Source: the human T2T-CHM13v2.0 reference genome, Homo sapiens
Reading direction: 5' to 3' (one strand)
Assembly: GCF_009914755.1 (NCBI RefSeq)
Contig: NC_060929.1
DNA: 64,000 nt
Positions within the stretch are counted from its first letter, which is position 1. The number at the start of each line of letters is the position of its first letter. The notes beneath the pieces are model-generated. The model was not told the DNA's origin. It saw only the letters and a program-made list of their open reading frames with translations, and made no database searches. This document shows, in pieces, positions 56,411 to 64,000 of the stretch. Both the position numbers and the translations under genes were made by a program.

Positions 56411-57420
56411 ATGGGGAAAAAACAGCAGAAAAACTGAAAATTCTAAAAATCAGAGCACCTCTCCTTCTCCAAAGGAACAGAGCTCCTCACCAGCAATGGA
56501 ACAAAGCTGGACAGAGAATGACTTTGATGAGAGAAGAAGCCTTCAGACGATCAAATTACTCTGAGCTAAAGGAGGAAGTTCGAACCCATGGCAAAAAAGT
56601 TAAAAACCTTGAAAAAAGATTAGACGAATGGCTAACTAGAATAACCAATGCAGAGAAGTCCTTAAAGGACCTGATGGAGCTGAAAACCATGGCACAAGAA
56701 CTACATGATGAATGCACAAGCCTCAGTAGCTGATTCGATCAACTGGAAGAAAGGGTATCAGTGATGGGAGATCAAATGAATGAAATGAAGTGAGAAGAGA
56801 AGTTTAGAGAAAAAAGAATAAAAAGAAACAAACAAAGCCTCCAAGAAATATGGGACTATGTGAAAAGACCAAATCTACATCTGATTGGTGTACCAGAAAG
56901 TGATGGGGAGAAGGGATCCAAGCTGGAAAACACTCTGCAGGATATTATCCAAGAAAACTTCCCCAATCTAGCAAGGCAGGCCAACATTGAAATTCAGGAA
57001 ATACAGAGAATGCCACAAAGATACTCCTCAAGAAGAGCAACTCCAAGACACATAATTGTCAGATTCACCAAAGTTGAAATGAAGGAAAAAATGTTAAGGG
57101 CAGCCAGAAAGAAAGGTCGGGTTACCCACAAATGGAAGCCCATCAGACTAACAGCTGATCTCTCAGCAGAAACTCTATAAGCCAGAAGAGAGTGGGGGCC
57201 AATATTCAACATTCTTAAAGAAAAGAATTTTCAACCCAGAATTTCATATCCAGCCAAACTAAGCTTCATAAGTGAAGGAGAAATAAAATACTTTACAGAC
57301 AAGCAAATGCTAAGAGATTTTGTCACCACCAGGCCTGCCCTAAAAGAGCTCCTGAAGGAAGCACTAAACATGGAAAGGAACAACCGGCACCAGCCACTGC
57401 AAAAACATGCCAAATTGTAA
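56411..57420 (+). pseudogene. Disrupted L1 ORF1p
   Basis: ATGGGGAAAAAACAG start; ORF1p fragments; in-frame stops (e.g. 56731, 57178) and indels. Confidence 0.93.
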
Positions 57421-57483
57421 AGACCATCGAGGCTAGGAAGAAACTGCATCAACTAACGAGCAAAATAACCAGCTAACATCATA

Positions 57484-61295
<3,812 letters not shown>

Positions 61296-61789
61296 ATAAT
61301 GAGAACACATGGACACAGGGCAGGGAACATCACACACCGGGGACTGTTGTGGGATGGGGGGACGGGGGTGGGATAGAATTAGGAAATATAGCTAATGTTA
61401 AATGATGAGTTAACGGGTGCAGCACACCAACATGGCACATGTATACATATGTAACAAACCTGCACGTTGTGCACATGTACCCTAAAACTTAAAGTATAAT
61501 AAAAAAAATTAACCAATTGGTTTTTGGTTTATACCACTCCATTTTGGGGTCACTTGTTCCACAGTGCCAATGGTAAAGACCTTTCTCTCCTTAGATCTTC
61601 TGATCATTCCAGCTGCTCACTTTCACTTCTGGGTCTTTATATCATGGGTACTTTTGTCCATTTTTCCTTGGGTTTATCTTTTCATACTCCACACATAGAC
61701 ACACAGACACATACACAGCTGCACATGGACAGCCACCCGCATGTACACAAAATCCATCACTTGGCTCAGTTTTATTCCCTAGGTCACTT

Positions 61790-61925
61790 AGTTCAACCCT
61801 CATTTTTCAGCTGAGGAGACCTGGGTCTAGAGATTAAGTTTCTCACCCGAGGTCACTTGGCTACGTAGTGGCATAGCTGAAAGCACACCCAGGTCTTCTG
61901 ATGCCTAGTCCAGTCTTTTTCCCAT
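61790..61925 (-). mobile_element. MIR
   Basis: ctcatttttcagctgaggagac...gaggtcac...cccaggtcttctga. Confidence 0.7.
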
Positions 61926-62039
61926 TTAATTACTTTAATTTCCCACTGACCTCATAAAATATAATGGATCAGTTATTTTCTAGTCCAGAGACCATAAACT
62001 CTGAAAGTGCCAAACAAGATCCTGGTTGCAGCCCCTCCT

Positions 62040-62730
62040 TTGGCCCCCTAGGAGTGTCCAGTGGACCCCAGGTAGCTGCCTGTAGGTCTGTCTGATTGGG
62101 AAGAGGCGGCGAGTGAGGAAAGGAAAAAGGGAAGTGCCAGGAGGACCTAGCCTACTCCCTGCCTTTTTCCTCCTAGGCCTGCATTCTGAAGGCACCACAC
62201 TAATTATGGTTAGAGTGCAGGCGGGGATTCCCGAATGTGATGGAAAAATGCCAAACTCCTCCCTCAAGCTTCTATGTTGGACACTTCTTCTAAAAGCAAA
62301 AGCATTTTAAAATGGCACATTGCATATTTTGGAATCAAGCTTTAAAAAGATGAGTGACTGGGACAGAAGACTGAGAAATTCTCTGGTAACCAGGACTGGG
62401 GCTGCTTAACCGTGGGCAGTGTGTATCTGTGTGCTTTATCTGCCGCTCAAAGGCCTAGGCAGGTCGTCATTAATACATTCTCAGCCGCCCACTGCCCCAG
62501 AGTTGCCCCAATTTTTCTAAGCCCTACAGCGTTGTCATTTCGTACGTCTGGCGAGGGAATTACAGCCGGTGAATAAGAAGGCCACTCCCACTCTGTAATG
62601 CTAGATTTCTATTCCCTTCAGCTATCCTGCCCACAGTCAGATCTCCCTCCTCCACCCCACGCCTACCACCATTCTCCTACACCAAAGAGTGAAGGATGAT
62701 TACAAGTCTTTTACAGGAGGTGTGGTTTAG
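62040..62730. promoter_or_regulatory. Candidate promoter/enhancer in unique GC/CpG-enriched DNA
   Basis: ATTGG 62095-62099, GGAAGTG 62130-62136, GGGGATTCCC 62223-62232, GC-box-like gccgccc and ccacgcc; motif evidence only. Confidence 0.4.
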
Positions 62731-63612
62731 TTCAATATGTACTGTTGGTTCTGCAAATATGCTGGTGGGAGGTTGACTATGCATGTTATGTGCCATATGC
62801 CACCCTGTTGGCTGGCATGCAGTGGGAAGCCTGAAAAGCAAGGGCAGAGAAATAGATACTCTTTCTGCTTTTGAAGCACAGGCTTTAATAATAATAATAA
62901 TTTTAAAAACAAGAGTTTTTGAAAAAAAATTCACGTAACTACAGTTGTGTTAATTCTTCATGGATTGCTTACATTGAGCACAATTTGCCTCTCAAAAAAG
63001 CAGCAGCAGATTAAATCGACCTCTTCAGATCCATAAAATCATGTTCAACTAGATATATCTCACTTTGTGTGCTTGATATGTTCTGGAAAAGTTATGTGTA
63101 AATTGAATTTTGCAAATCTGGTCATATTTCAGATAATTCTCAAGGTGCTTTCAATTTAAATTGGTTCCATTTTGTAAAGCAAATAATAACTTTGTAATGC
63201 AAATAGTTACTCCCTAGCTTATTTGTTTTGTAAGTTTGGGCTCTGGTATTTACACTTTTATTTTTCTAAAAGCAAGGTACATCTATAGATAAGAAGCAGT
63301 AGGACTTTAATTTATAAGTAATACAATGTAAAAATATAAAATATAAACTAAAATCATTTTAGAAATGTAATCTAGGAATTTAGATGTTTGCTTTTTAGAA
63401 CTTTAATGTAAGAACTTGTGCCTGTCCCAAAGGTAGACCTTGTAGCATCATAGAGAAGTGCACGGTAGACTTTTCTTAAGGCAGTCTGGCAACACATAGC
63501 AAAATACGGAATCTAATTGTGAAAAGATGTATGTACCAAGAAGTTCATTGCAACATTGTTTACATTAACAAAAAATTGGAAGGAACCCAAAACATAATCA
63601 ATAGAGAGATCA

Positions 63613-63948
<336 letters not shown>

Positions 63949-64000
63949 TTATTTTTCTCTCATGCAATGAAATATTATGCTGCTGTTTAAAAGGGTAAAG

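Overview
Primate (human-like) non-coding genomic DNA, mostly interspersed repeats. I found no convincing cellular protein-coding gene, tRNA, rRNA or CRISPR array; the longer ORFs in the track derive from L1, MaLR or Alu. Major elements: two full-length disabled L1s arranged head-to-head (older L1PA8-10-like on -, 11303-17698; L1PA4-like on +, 55381-61502), two complete MaLR proviruses with TSDs (MST/THE1D-type 3389-6117 with a nested THE1 solo LTR; THE1B-like 21973-24256), a TSD-flanked SVA2-type VNTR retroposon (21555-21875), plus several Alus, solo LTRs, L2/MIR/HAL1 relics and MER DNA transposons. Most interesting observations: (1) an intact, extended L1 ORF0 whose splice donor would join in frame to a stop-free 142-nt candidate exon in unique DNA about 870 bp outside the L1; (2) several template-switch or templated-insertion scars, including a 26-bp piece matching the neighbouring L1 5'UTR inside an MST LTR; (3) the SVA2 element; (4) a collapsed mini-Alu, a tailless Alu and a short L1 3' transduction; (5) candidate RUNX/AP-1 and NF-kB/ETS regulatory clusters. 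Subfamily names come from recalled consensus sequences, not from a RepeatMasker run. Boundaries of old repeats are approximate, and all transcript models are hypotheses.
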